A DNA stretch of 64,000 bases, from NCBI GenBank assembly GCA_017453325.1, contig JAFTKK010000018.1, positions 38 to 64,037 on the forward strand. The letters are read 5' to 3'. Under the pieces are notes generated by a model that searched no databases, was not told the origin of the DNA, and saw nothing but the letters and a program-made list of their open reading frames with translations. Below are positions 1 through 8,206 of the stretch, in pieces. Source of the stretch: Clostridia bacterium (GTDB lineage: Bacteria > Bacillota > Clostridia > Oscillospirales > CAG-272). A program made the position numbers and the translations under genes. Positions within the stretch are counted from its first letter, which is position 1. Every line of letters begins with the position of its first letter.

Positions 1-100
1 TTTATGACGATTCGTTCAAAATCGTTTATAACGGAAACGGTAAAGAAGAAACTATAAGCCTTGAAGAACTTGAAAGTTCAACCTTGTTTTCACAAGGTGC

Positions 101-146
101 ACCAAAACAAAAATGGCACCCAATCGGGTGCCATTTTTGTTTTGGT
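101..146. terminator. Perfect 21-bp stem with 4-nt loop (ACCAAAACAAAAATGGCACCC-AATC-GGGTGCCATTTTTGTTTTGGT). A/T runs sit inside both arms, so it looks terminator-like in both directions.
   Basis: Read directly. It lies just after an open frame that enters from the left edge and stops at TAA 55-57. Confidence 0.6.
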
Positions 147-374
147 ACAGGTTCGGCTTGAACCCTGCGGCGCGCTGTAACTGAAAAATCTGCAAGCATA
201 GTATCGCCGCAGAGAAGAACGCCGATTTCGCCTTGGCAAATGGCGACATTGTCGCCAAGGCGTTCTTCAAGCGTCTGCGGCAGAGCCGCAGAAAGCGGGG
301 CAAGGTTCTCTTACCCGCACCAAATAAAAAATACGAACTCTGAGCAATCAAGGTTGTCTTATCACGAGAAAGCA

Positions 375-425
375 GGCACGCGTCGGTTTTATCCGTATGG
401 ATGAAACCGACGCGTGCCCCTTTTT
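375..425 (+). terminator. Intrinsic terminator: 15-bp stem GGCACGCGTCGGTTT/AAACCGACGCGTGCC followed by CCTTTTT
   Basis: Hairpin plus T-run read directly on the + strand. It also lies 3' of the minus-strand AraC gene. Confidence 0.6.
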
Positions 426-430
426 AGCCG

Positions 431-1189
431 TTAACTGTGAGATGATTTTTTGAAATGCCCCGGTGAGGTATTGAAGTGCTTTTTAAAAATTCTTGAAAAG
501 TAGCCGTAGTTTTCATAGCCGAGATTTTTTGCAACGTCTCCGAGGGATACCTCTCCCGACTGTATCATGTTTTTTGCAAGCAGCATTTTTCGTTCGTTGA
601 TGTATTCGATGACCGTTTTGCCAACATTCTTTTTAAAAATATACGCAACGTATTCTTTGGATAGATGCACGTACTCGCTGACGGTTCTCAGTGTGATTTG
701 CTTTGAAATATTTTCATCTATGAATTTTTCGATCTTGATCACCTCGGGATGGTTGCTTTGAAAGGAGGCGGCATCGAAAATTTCAAACAGAATATAGTTT
801 AGCACGTTGTGCAGCTTTTGCTTTGAATGATACAGCGGTGAAAGGTGGCTTTGCGAAAAAACGCCGACCAGCTTGCGGATATCCTGTGTGATGACGTTTT
901 TTAAGAAAGGAGGCACGGATAATTCGCGATCCTCATAGATTTGAAAATTAAAGCTGACGTATTGTACCCTTTGCGTGCCTTCAAGCCTTTGGCGTGCGGT
1001 TCCCGGCGGCAGAAGAATGGCATCGTTTTCTTTGAGAGTGTATTCTCGGTTGTCAGCCACGTAGGTCATGCTGCCTTTTAGCACAAAGGTAAGATCGTAA
1101 TAGGGAATGATGAATTTGGCCATGCGCGTGCATCTGTTGACCGAAATATGACAGTAGTGAGAGATGTCTTTTACGATGTATGCGTTCAT
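431..1189 (-). CDS. AraC/XylS-family transcriptional regulator (N-terminal cupin-like sensor, C-terminal double HTH)
   Basis: 252-aa ORF. The C-terminus (ITLRTVSEYVHLSKEYVAYIFKK...GYENYGYFSRIFKKHFNTSP) is a typical AraC HTH. Divergent from the operon at 1344. Confidence 0.9.
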   Translation of the reverse strand: MNAYIVKDISHYCHISVNRCTRMAKFIIPYYDLTFVLKGSMTYVADNREYTLKENDAILLPPGTARQRLEGTQRVQYVSFNFQIYEDRELSVPPFLKNVITQDIRKLVGVFSQSHLSPLYHSKQKLHNVLNYILFEIFDAASFQSNHPEVIKIEKFIDENISKQITLRTVSEYVHLSKEYVAYIFKKNVGKTVIEYINERKMLLAKNMIQSGEVSLGDVAKNLGYENYGYFSRIFKKHFNTSPGHFKKSSHS

Positions 1190-1249
1190 AGGCGTGCTCC
1201 TCTATCTTAAAATAGTGCATAAAATAATTCAATGACTTAAAATCCTTTA

Positions 1250-1278
1250 TTGATTTGAAAATGCTGCGGCATTATAAT
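1250..1278 (+). promoter_or_regulatory. Sigma-A-type promoter TTGATT-17-TATAAT
   Basis: Hexamers at 1250-1255 and 1273-1278, 65 nt upstream of ATG 1344. Confidence 0.55.
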
Positions 1279-1343
1279 TATTATAGTGGTTCTGCCACGG
1301 ATAGTCAAGTTTAATTTTGTACAAGTGAGATACGGAGGTTCAT

Positions 1344-2432
1344 ATGAAAACGTTATTGCTGGGTGACATTTGCCCGACGGAGGCCACGGCGCCGTTCTTT
1401 CGGGAGCAAAACATTTCCGAGTTGTTTGGGGACGCGGTTTCCGTTTTTGAAAAAAGAGATTTTATTTTTGCCAACTTAGAGTGCGCGCTGACCGAGCATG
1501 AAGGCGCTATTTTGAAATTCGGTCCCAATCTCAAGGCGCCGCCTGAGACGGCGGCGGTGCTGAAATCGCTTGGTGTCAGCTGCTGCGGCCTTAGCAACAA
1601 TCACGTATTTGATTACGGCATCAAGGGCGCAACCGATACCGTTCGGGCATTAAACGAGCAGGGCATTGACGTGACGGGCTTTGGAAGCGATTACGAGGAT
1701 GCGCGAAAAAATTACACGGTCACGCGCCACGGTGAAAAAATTTGCCTCATTGCGGTGTGTGAGCGTGAGTACTCCTACGCGCTTGATGACAGAATGGGCT
1801 CGCGGCCGTACGACGAGTACGATACCATTGAGGATATCCGTGCTGCCAAGGCGACGCACGACAGGGTGATCGTGATCTATCACGGCGGCAAGGAATTTTG
1901 CGAATATCCCTCGCCGCGTCTCTTGAAGCTTTGTCACGCGATGGCAAGAAACGGTGCGGATGTGGTGCTTTGTCAGCACAGCCATTGCATCGGCACCTAT
2001 GAGAAATACGGCGATTGCCATATTTTGTACGGTCAGGGTAATTTTCATTTTGTTTCTGCGAAGCCCCATCCGCTTGAAATGTGGCGCAGCGGTATGGCGG
2101 TGGAATACGACACCGTGACGCATGAGATCTCGTTTATTCCCGTGAAAACCGAGGAGCACGGCATCCGACTTGCCACGGCTGACGAGAAAGAAACGATGAT
2201 GCAGGCATTTTCCAAGCGAAGCCAAACGCTTTTAAACGGGGAATGGCGAGAGGGCTGGCATGCCTTCTGTCAATCCAAAAAGGACATCTACAGCAAGGCG
2301 ATCGGCAACGCGTGCCGCGAGGAATCGACCGAGAGAGACAACCATTTCTTTGCGCATTATCTTGACTGTCAGGCACATACCGACGTTTGGCGTGAGCTTT
2401 TTCCAACCTATAATCTCACCAATGAAAAATAA
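1344..2432 (+). CDS. CapA/PgsA-family (poly-gamma-glutamate capsule synthesis-like) metallophosphatase-fold protein
   Basis: 362 aa. N-terminus LLGDICPT...FIFANLECALT...CCGLSNNH and later YHGGKE...QHSH match the CapA-family pattern. RBS GGAGG upstream. Confidence 0.75.
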   Translation: MKTLLLGDICPTEATAPFFREQNISELFGDAVSVFEKRDFIFANLECALTEHEGAILKFGPNLKAPPETAAVLKSLGVSCCGLSNNHVFDYGIKGATDTVRALNEQGIDVTGFGSDYEDARKNYTVTRHGEKICLIAVCEREYSYALDDRMGSRPYDEYDTIEDIRAAKATHDRVIVIYHGGKEFCEYPSPRLLKLCHAMARNGADVVLCQHSHCIGTYEKYGDCHILYGQGNFHFVSAKPHPLEMWRSGMAVEYDTVTHEISFIPVKTEEHGIRLATADEKETMMQAFSKRSQTLLNGEWREGWHAFCQSKKDIYSKAIGNACREESTERDNHFFAHYLDCQAHTDVWRELFPTYNLTNEK

Positions 2433-2444
2433 GGCGGAAAGCAT

Positions 2445-3491
2445 ATGACAGATATTTTAAAAGGCTTACCCGATCCACTTCATATGGATAAAAAGGAAAT
2501 CGTAGATCTGCTGTTACGGGAAGAATACGGCATGTTGCCCTCCGCGCCCTATGCGGTCACCGCCACGCTTGAAAAATGTGACCGGAGCTTTTGTGCGGGC
2601 AAGGCGGATCTTTGCACCTTGCGCTTGCATTGCAAGGCGGATTGGGGCGAATTTTCCTTTCCGGTATATTACGTGTGCCCGAAGGGGAAGAGCGCGCCCG
2701 TGCCATGCTTCATTCACATTAACTTCAGAGACCTGATTCCCGACCGCTATCAGCCGACCGAGGAGCTTGTCGATGAGGGGTGGGCAACGCTGACGTTTTG
2801 CTATCAAGACGTGTCGGCGGATAATGCGGATTTCACCGACGGCCTTGCGGGTGTTCTTTGGCCGGACGGAAAGCGAGACAGCCATGCGTGCGGCAAGATC
2901 GGACTGTGGGCCTTTGCCGCGTGCGCGGTCATGGATTACGCGCAGACCTTGCCGGAGCTCGATCACGCAAGGATCAGCGTGGCGGGGCATTCGAGACTGG
3001 GAAAAACGGCCTTGCTCGCAGGGGCGCTTGACGAGCGCTTTTATTGTGCGTTTTCCAACGATTCGGGGTGCTGCGGTGCCGCGTTGTCCCGAGGAAAATC
3101 GGGGGAAACCGTACGGGCAATCACAGAGAAATTCCCCTATTGGTTTTGTGAGAATTATCAAAAATATGCCGATCACGAGGATGCGTTGCCCTTTGATCAG
3201 CATTATCTGATCGCCGCCAACGCTCCCCACCGCGTGTATGTTGCAAGTGCTGCCGAGGATCTGTGGGCGTGCCCACATAACGAGTATCTGGCCTGCGTGG
3301 CAGCAAGCGCATATTACGAGAAAAGCTGCGGCCGGGGCTTTGTTCACGCCGCTGCCTTGCCCGAAGCGGGGGATTACTTTCACGAGGGAATGATCGGATA
3401 TCATTTGCGCGCGGGAAAGCATTATTTCAGCCGCGAGGATTGGAAGTATTATATCAAATATTTAAACCTGCATGACAATCAAAAAGCATAG
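2445..3491 (+). CDS. alpha/beta hydrolase, carbohydrate-esterase family 15 (glucuronoyl esterase)-like
   Basis: 348 aa. VAGHSRLGKTALLAGALDERF resembles the CE15 nucleophile motif G-C/H-S-R-x-G-K-x-AL. 12 nt after the upstream gene. Confidence 0.6.
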   Translation: MTDILKGLPDPLHMDKKEIVDLLLREEYGMLPSAPYAVTATLEKCDRSFCAGKADLCTLRLHCKADWGEFSFPVYYVCPKGKSAPVPCFIHINFRDLIPDRYQPTEELVDEGWATLTFCYQDVSADNADFTDGLAGVLWPDGKRDSHACGKIGLWAFAACAVMDYAQTLPELDHARISVAGHSRLGKTALLAGALDERFYCAFSNDSGCCGAALSRGKSGETVRAITEKFPYWFCENYQKYADHEDALPFDQHYLIAANAPHRVYVASAAEDLWACPHNEYLACVAASAYYEKSCGRGFVHAAALPEAGDYFHEGMIGYHLRAGKHYFSREDWKYYIKYLNLHDNQKA

Positions 3492-3494
3492 CGT

Positions 3495-3530
3495 TATAGC
3501 GTGATACCCTTAACGGAGTATCACGCTATA
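3495..3530. repeat. Perfect 13-bp inverted repeat/hairpin TATAGCGTGATAC-(10 nt)-GTATCACGCTATA right after the stop codon
   Basis: Read directly. No adjacent T-run. Confidence 0.6.
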
Positions 3531-3623
3531 CTATGATTGCCCTTGCGGGCAAGTTATGAGTTATGATATGCTTCGCATAGTTATGATTGGCTTCGCCAAG
3601 TTTTAAGCTACAAGGGCAATCAT
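3531..3623. repeat. Three tandem units (about 22-25 nt each) of TATGAT(T/A)G plus a short GC hairpin. The block is bracketed by the 13-bp inverted repeat ATGATTGCCCTTG/CAAGGGCAATCAT.
   Basis: Hairpins CTTGC-GG-GCAAG, ATGC-TTC-GCAT and TTGGC-TTC-GCCAA. (A)GTTATGA occurs 3 times, at 3552, 3560 and 3579. Confidence 0.55.
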
Positions 3624-3690
3624 ATGCGCAGCAAATTCATAACGGCGAGCAGAGTGAGCCTTATAACTCTAAACTAACCCCAACAGAAAA

Positions 3691-3737
3691 AGAGCAGACA
3701 CACAAGATTTTTTGCCTTGCGTGTTTGCTCTTTTTGT
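3691..3737 (+). terminator. Intrinsic terminator (16-bp imperfect stem AGAGCAGACACACAAG/CTTGCGTGTTTGCTCT plus TTTTT)
   Basis: Read directly. About 200 nt downstream of the CE15-like gene. Confidence 0.6.
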
Positions 3738-3884
3738 TTGTATAAGGGTTTGGGCTTAGCCCACTTGATTTGATCGGTCAAATGCGATGCTCGCACTTAC
3801 CGAGATTTTTTTAGTTTTCCGCTAAGAACACAACGAAATGTACTGCAGGGGTTTGTTCGCTTGCAGGTATGTTGACGCAGGGTA

Positions 3885-3913
3885 TTTACTTATCTGCGAC
3901 AATGTGATATAAT
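3885..3913 (+). promoter_or_regulatory. Sigma-A-type promoter TTTACT-17-TATAAT
   Basis: Hexamers 3885-3890 and 3908-3913, upstream of ATG 3993. Confidence 0.5.
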
Positions 3914-3992
3914 GAGATCACGTTTCCGAGAGGAACGCCTGTGTCGGTGCCGCCACGCGGCGCCGGCTGCAAAAGCATTGGTAGGAGTACAT

Positions 3993-4838
3993 ATGAAAGA
4001 ATTTTTCGGATGGGACGGATATACGCGTGAGCCCGAGGGCTTTTTGTCCTGGCAGCATCTTTTATTTGTGACGAGCCTGATGGCTTTGATGGTTACGGCA
4101 GCGTGGCTTTTGGGGCGACGTAATTGCACGGGAGATGACCGCCAAAAAAATCGCGTGCTGACGGTTGCCGCGATTGTGATTGACTCGTTGGAGCTTTTTA
4201 AGATCGTGATTCTTTGTCTGCGTGCCGCGGATCCCATGGAATGGCTTTACGAGCTGCCCCTGTTTTTGTGCAGCATTCAATTGATCGCAATTCCGATCGC
4301 GGCCTTCTCGCGCGGCAGAATGAAGCAGGCGGCGCTTGATTTTGTGCTGATCTTCGGTATTCTCGGTGCGGTTTTGGGCACCTATGGGGCAGGGAATAAT
4401 TACGGTTCTTACCCCGTGCTTGGGTTTGATAATATGATATCGGGCATCACGCACTCGATTGCGGGCTTTTGCTCGCTTTACATCGCCTTTTCGGGCATGA
4501 CGAGCATGAAGCGGAAAAATATCCCCATCACCTTTGCCATTCTGCTCGCCTTTTGCGGCAGCGCAGCGGTGGCAAACAGCCTGCTTGATTACAATTATAT
4601 GTTTTTGGTGCGCGGAGACGGCACGCCCTATGAACTGATATATGCGCTGGTGGGAGGAAACAAGATCCTGTATCCTATGAGCGTGGTGTTGCTTTTCGTT
4701 CTATACATTCTTTGCTTTTACGGTGCATATTACCTCGTGCAAAAAAGGCGAACCGCACGGCAGGCTTTGGCGAGCGCAGGTGAGACCGCGTGCGTGGCAG
4801 AGCCTGACTGCGTAGTCGAGGGGGCTGTTGATCATTGA
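3993..4838 (+). CDS. Polytopic membrane protein, YwaF/TMEM164-family-like
   Basis: Start moved to MKEFFGW (RBS GGTAGGAG 6 nt upstream). Multiple TM segments and an ELPLFLCSIQ motif typical of this family. Confidence 0.6.
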   Translation: MKEFFGWDGYTREPEGFLSWQHLLFVTSLMALMVTAAWLLGRRNCTGDDRQKNRVLTVAAIVIDSLELFKIVILCLRAADPMEWLYELPLFLCSIQLIAIPIAAFSRGRMKQAALDFVLIFGILGAVLGTYGAGNNYGSYPVLGFDNMISGITHSIAGFCSLYIAFSGMTSMKRKNIPITFAILLAFCGSAAVANSLLDYNYMFLVRGDGTPYELIYALVGGNKILYPMSVVLLFVLYILCFYGAYYLVQKRRTARQALASAGETACVAEPDCVVEGAVDH

Positions 4839-4839
4839 T

Positions 4840-5748
4840 ATGAGCAGATCCGTAAAAAAGGGCATTCCCCTTGCTGTTTTGGCGGCAGCGCTGTATGCCA
4901 TCAATTCGCCGCTATCCAAAATTTTACTTGCCTATATGCCACCCACGCTGATGGCGGGATTTCTTTATGTCGGCGCAGGGCTTGGCATGGGTGTGATCGC
5001 ACTTGCGGGACGCTTGGGCGGTCATCGGAGATCTGAGGCGGGCTTCACCAAAAAAGATCTACCCTTTGTGCTGGCGATGATCCTTCTTGATATCGCAGCC
5101 CCCATTTGCTTACTTTTTGGCTTGCGCGCGACCACCGCAGCAAGCGCTTCGCTGCTGAATAATTTTGAGATCGTGGCAACGGCTGTGATCGCGCTGGCCA
5201 TCTTTAAGGAAAAGATCAGCCCACGGCTTTGGACGGGCATTTTATTTGTGGTTTTGTCCTGCGCGCTGCTCTGTTTTGAGGATATCACCTCTTTGCAGTT
5301 TTCCCGCGGCTCCTTGCTCGTTCTGCTTGCCTGCGTGTGCTGGGGCTTTGAAAATAATTGCACGAGGAAGCTCTCGGCGGGAGATCCGCTGCAGATCGTT
5401 TTGCTGAAGGGCATTTTTTCGGGTCTTGCTTCGGTGATGATCGGATTTTTCACGGGCGAGCGCGTCACGGTGCTTTGGAGCATATTTGCGGTGCTTTGCG
5501 TGGGATTTGTGGCGTATGGTCTCAGCATATTTTTCTATGTGTATGCGCAGCGCCTCTTAGGTGCGGCACGCACCAGCGCTTATTACGCGGTGGCGCCCTT
5601 TATCGGTGCGCTGCTCTCGCTGATCATCTTCCGCGAGTGGCCCCCACACACCTATTTTATTGCGCTTGGCCTGATGGTCATCGGCTCCTGGCTTTGTTCG
5701 AGTGACAAGCCGCTATTTCAAAAAAGCAAGAAAACGGCTATCCGTTAA
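4840..5748 (+). CDS. EamA/DMT-superfamily transporter
   Basis: 10-TM-like protein with two EamA-like halves (LAAALYAINSPLSK..., CWGFENNCTRKL...). The start is ambiguous: TTG 4828 or ATG 4840. Confidence 0.8.
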   Translation: MSRSVKKGIPLAVLAAALYAINSPLSKILLAYMPPTLMAGFLYVGAGLGMGVIALAGRLGGHRRSEAGFTKKDLPFVLAMILLDIAAPICLLFGLRATTAASASLLNNFEIVATAVIALAIFKEKISPRLWTGILFVVLSCALLCFEDITSLQFSRGSLLVLLACVCWGFENNCTRKLSAGDPLQIVLLKGIFSGLASVMIGFFTGERVTVLWSIFAVLCVGFVAYGLSIFFYVYAQRLLGAARTSAYYAVAPFIGALLSLIIFREWPPHTYFIALGLMVIGSWLCSSDKPLFQKSKKTAIR

Positions 5749-5765
5749 GGGATGGCCGTTTTTTA
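5732..5765 (+). terminator. Hairpin overlapping the stop codon (AACGGCTATCC-GTTAA-GGGATGGCCGTT) plus TTTTTT
   Basis: Read directly. Confidence 0.55.
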
Positions 5766-5911
5766 ACAGCGAATTTATCAAAAAAAACCGTTGCACATAC
5801 CATTTTGAACAAGTGCTCAAAATGTGCAAATTAAGGATAACAATTACAGGGGGAAATTCGACAGGTTGTACATGGAAATTGTGCATTCTGCACAACGCGC
5901 ATGGAAAAGCC

Positions 5912-5940
5912 TTGCGGTAGAAGGAGGATTATGGTATAAT
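5912..5940 (+). promoter_or_regulatory. Sigma-A-type promoter TTGCGG-17-TATAAT
   Basis: Hexamers 5912-5917 and 5935-5940, 85 nt upstream of ATG 6026. Confidence 0.5.
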
Positions 5941-6025
5941 CAAAAGGTCATATGTGGCTTGTACATATTATTATATTATGCGAATTGAGGGGTGTGGGTA
6001 TGCTTGCCCCAAAGGAGTTTGATAG

Positions 6026-7456
6026 ATGTATTGGATGATTACATTGGCAACGGCGGCGTTGGTGACAGCATTGGTGCTTGTGCTGTTTGCGCGCCGAACG
6101 GATGCTTCGTTTTTTAAAGGGCTGAGGGTGATGACGGTGCTTTTTTGTGCCATTGGCTTCTTCCGCTTTATGCTTTGTGACGGCTTTATCTACGTGATAA
6201 ACGGCGGACTCATGGATACGGTTTACTATGAATCTACCGACGTTCTTTCCACCGTTCTCCGCTGGGGGTATTTTGCGCACTATGCGGTATTGCCTATGGC
6301 AGTGTTTACCAAGAGCCGCTTATTCCGCAATCTGGCTTGCTATTATTGTTTGCCCTTTGCGGTTCTCAGTGCTGTGTTTTTTGAACGCTTTATGCCGTAT
6401 TTCCTGCAGGATACGGGGAGAGGCATTTTTGCACCGCCGGCCTTCAGATACGCTTATTTCGTGTTGGAGCTGGTGCTTGCCATGGCGATCGTTTTGTGTT
6501 TGGCCATTCGTGAGCGTCACCTGCTCCGTGTGCGAGATGCGAGAGAATGGGGGCGTTTCTTGATCTCGCTTCCGTTTGTGGCCTTTTTGACCATGCCGTC
6601 CTACGTGCCGCAGGCTCTGGTCGGTTATTCCTCTTTGCGAGCCACCACCTTTGGCACCTATCATTTGGTTTGGCTTGCTGTGCTGGCAGTGGCGACACTT
6701 GTGCTTTATCACATTTTTCGCTTCCGCAGCCGCGAGGATCGCTATAATTTGTGCCTGTTTCTTTCCCTTGTGCTCTTTTTCCACTATAATTCGCTGTACT
6801 TAATGGGCTTTAATTTGCCGCGCTTGCCCATTCAGCTTTGCAATTTGGCCGCTTTTTTCTATATGCTTGTCATTCCTTTGAAGCTCCCGCGCTTTTTCCA
6901 GTTTTGCTTTATCGTCAACGTGACGGGTACTCTGATCGCAATCCTGTCTCCCGATTTTGCCACCACGGGGCTTGGCTTTTGGAATTTGCACTATATATTT
7001 GAGCATTCGCTGGTGCTGATGATTCCCGTGCTTGCCATGGGATTGCGCATCTTCCCGCGCCTGACGCGCCGTTCGCTGAAATATATGCTGATCGGCTTTT
7101 CCTGCTATTTTGTGTTCTGCGTGATCGGCGGCGGCATGTTAAATATCTTTTCCGATTATACAGGCGAGGAGGTCAATTACTTTTTCATGTTTGACCTTGA
7201 CAAGGCCAAGAGCTTTGTTTCCTTTATTGGCTTTGTGGATGTGTTTTCCGTTACGTTGGGAGCCTATACGTTTTATCCCTTGATGATGATTTTTGTTTTC
7301 ATTGCTTTTTTGATGCTTTGTTTGGTCTTTTATCGGTTTACGCTGTTTTGCTACACCGTGGAGGACGATCATTTGCGCTTGCGCAATGCGGGACTTGATC
7401 TTTTGGAGCAACGTCGCGGCAGACCGACGGGTCGCCCTCGCGACTTTCAAGATTGA
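6026..7456 (+). CDS. Large polytopic membrane protein. The C-terminal half is YwaF/TMEM164-like.
   Basis: 476 aa, more than 10 hydrophobic segments. LPRLPIQLCNLAAFFYML and EHSLVLMIPVL resemble the family core. RBS AAGGAG. Confidence 0.6.
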   Translation: MYWMITLATAALVTALVLVLFARRTDASFFKGLRVMTVLFCAIGFFRFMLCDGFIYVINGGLMDTVYYESTDVLSTVLRWGYFAHYAVLPMAVFTKSRLFRNLACYYCLPFAVLSAVFFERFMPYFLQDTGRGIFAPPAFRYAYFVLELVLAMAIVLCLAIRERHLLRVRDAREWGRFLISLPFVAFLTMPSYVPQALVGYSSLRATTFGTYHLVWLAVLAVATLVLYHIFRFRSREDRYNLCLFLSLVLFFHYNSLYLMGFNLPRLPIQLCNLAAFFYMLVIPLKLPRFFQFCFIVNVTGTLIAILSPDFATTGLGFWNLHYIFEHSLVLMIPVLAMGLRIFPRLTRRSLKYMLIGFSCYFVFCVIGGGMLNIFSDYTGEEVNYFFMFDLDKAKSFVSFIGFVDVFSVTLGAYTFYPLMMIFVFIAFLMLCLVFYRFTLFCYTVEDDHLRLRNAGLDLLEQRRGRPTGRPRDFQD

Positions 7457-7471
7457 TATGGAGGCTTTGCC

Positions 7472-8206
7472 ATGTTAGAAATACAGCATTTAACTAAGAG
7501 CTATGCGGGCTCTTCCGTCAACGCCGTGGAGGATCTTTCCATTTCGTTGCGTGCAGGAGAGATCTATGGCTTTCTCGGTTCAAACGGTGCGGGAAAAAGC
7601 ACCACCATTAAGGCACTTGTCGGCATTCATCCCTTTCAGCAGGGTGATATACTGATTGACGGTGTTTCGATCAAGACCGCGCCGCTTCAGGCGAAAATGC
7701 AGATCGGCTACGTATCGGACAACCACGCGGTATTTGAGCGCTTGACGGGACGTGAATACGTGACCCATATTGCCAATCTTTACAGTGTACCCTCCGAGCG
7801 TGTGGCCCAGCGGTGCGAGGATCTGCTTGAGATATTCAAATTAAAGGATGCATTTGATACGCCCATTAAGAGCTATTCGCACGGTATGAAGCAGAAGATT
7901 TCTGTGATCGGTGCGCTCATACATGATCCGAAGCTCTGGGTGTTGGACGAGCCCCTTACGGGTCTTGATCCGCAAAGCGCTTACCAGCTGAAAAAGGTGA
8001 TGAAGCGGCATGCTGCGGCAGGAAATACGGTGTTTTTCAGCTCACACATTCTTGATGTGGTGGAAAATCTTTGTAACCGTTGCTGCATCATTCAGAAGGG
8101 TAAGCTGCAGGGCGTTTATGATCTTGCCGAGCTTCGCGCCGAGGGGCGTTCCCTTGAGGAGATATTTATGAACGTGATCGGCGAGACCGAGGGTGAGGGT
8201 GTCTGA
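7472..8206 (+). CDS. ABC transporter ATP-binding protein (ABC-2/DrrA-like)
   Basis: Walker A GSNGAGKST, signature YSHGMKQK, Walker B LWVLDEP, H-loop SSH. Confidence 0.9.
   Translation: MLEIQHLTKSYAGSSVNAVEDLSISLRAGEIYGFLGSNGAGKSTTIKALVGIHPFQQGDILIDGVSIKTAPLQAKMQIGYVSDNHAVFERLTGREYVTHIANLYSVPSERVAQRCEDLLEIFKLKDAFDTPIKSYSHGMKQKISVIGALIHDPKLWVLDEPLTGLDPQSAYQLKKVMKRHAAAGNTVFFSSHILDVVENLCNRCCIIQKGKLQGVYDLAELRAEGRSLEEIFMNVIGETEGEGV

Noticed and set aside
52-351. 99-aa minus-strand ORF in the first intergenic region
   Set aside because: It spans two hairpin terminators, has no RBS, and has a low-complexity basic composition. The region is better explained as structured non-coding DNA/RNA.
1344-2432. 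CapA-like gene together with the Mur-ligase-family gene at 22167-23615 as a split poly-gamma-glutamate (CapA/CapB) system
   Set aside because: The genes are 20 kb apart in different operons. The ligase has a MurE-type N-domain rather than the short CapB/PgsB architecture. No CapC-like small membrane gene is present.
3533-3623. MITE or insertion-sequence remnant defined by the 13-bp terminal inverted repeat
   Set aside because: There is no transposase, no recognisable target-site duplication and no second copy in this window. I kept it only as a structural repeat observation.
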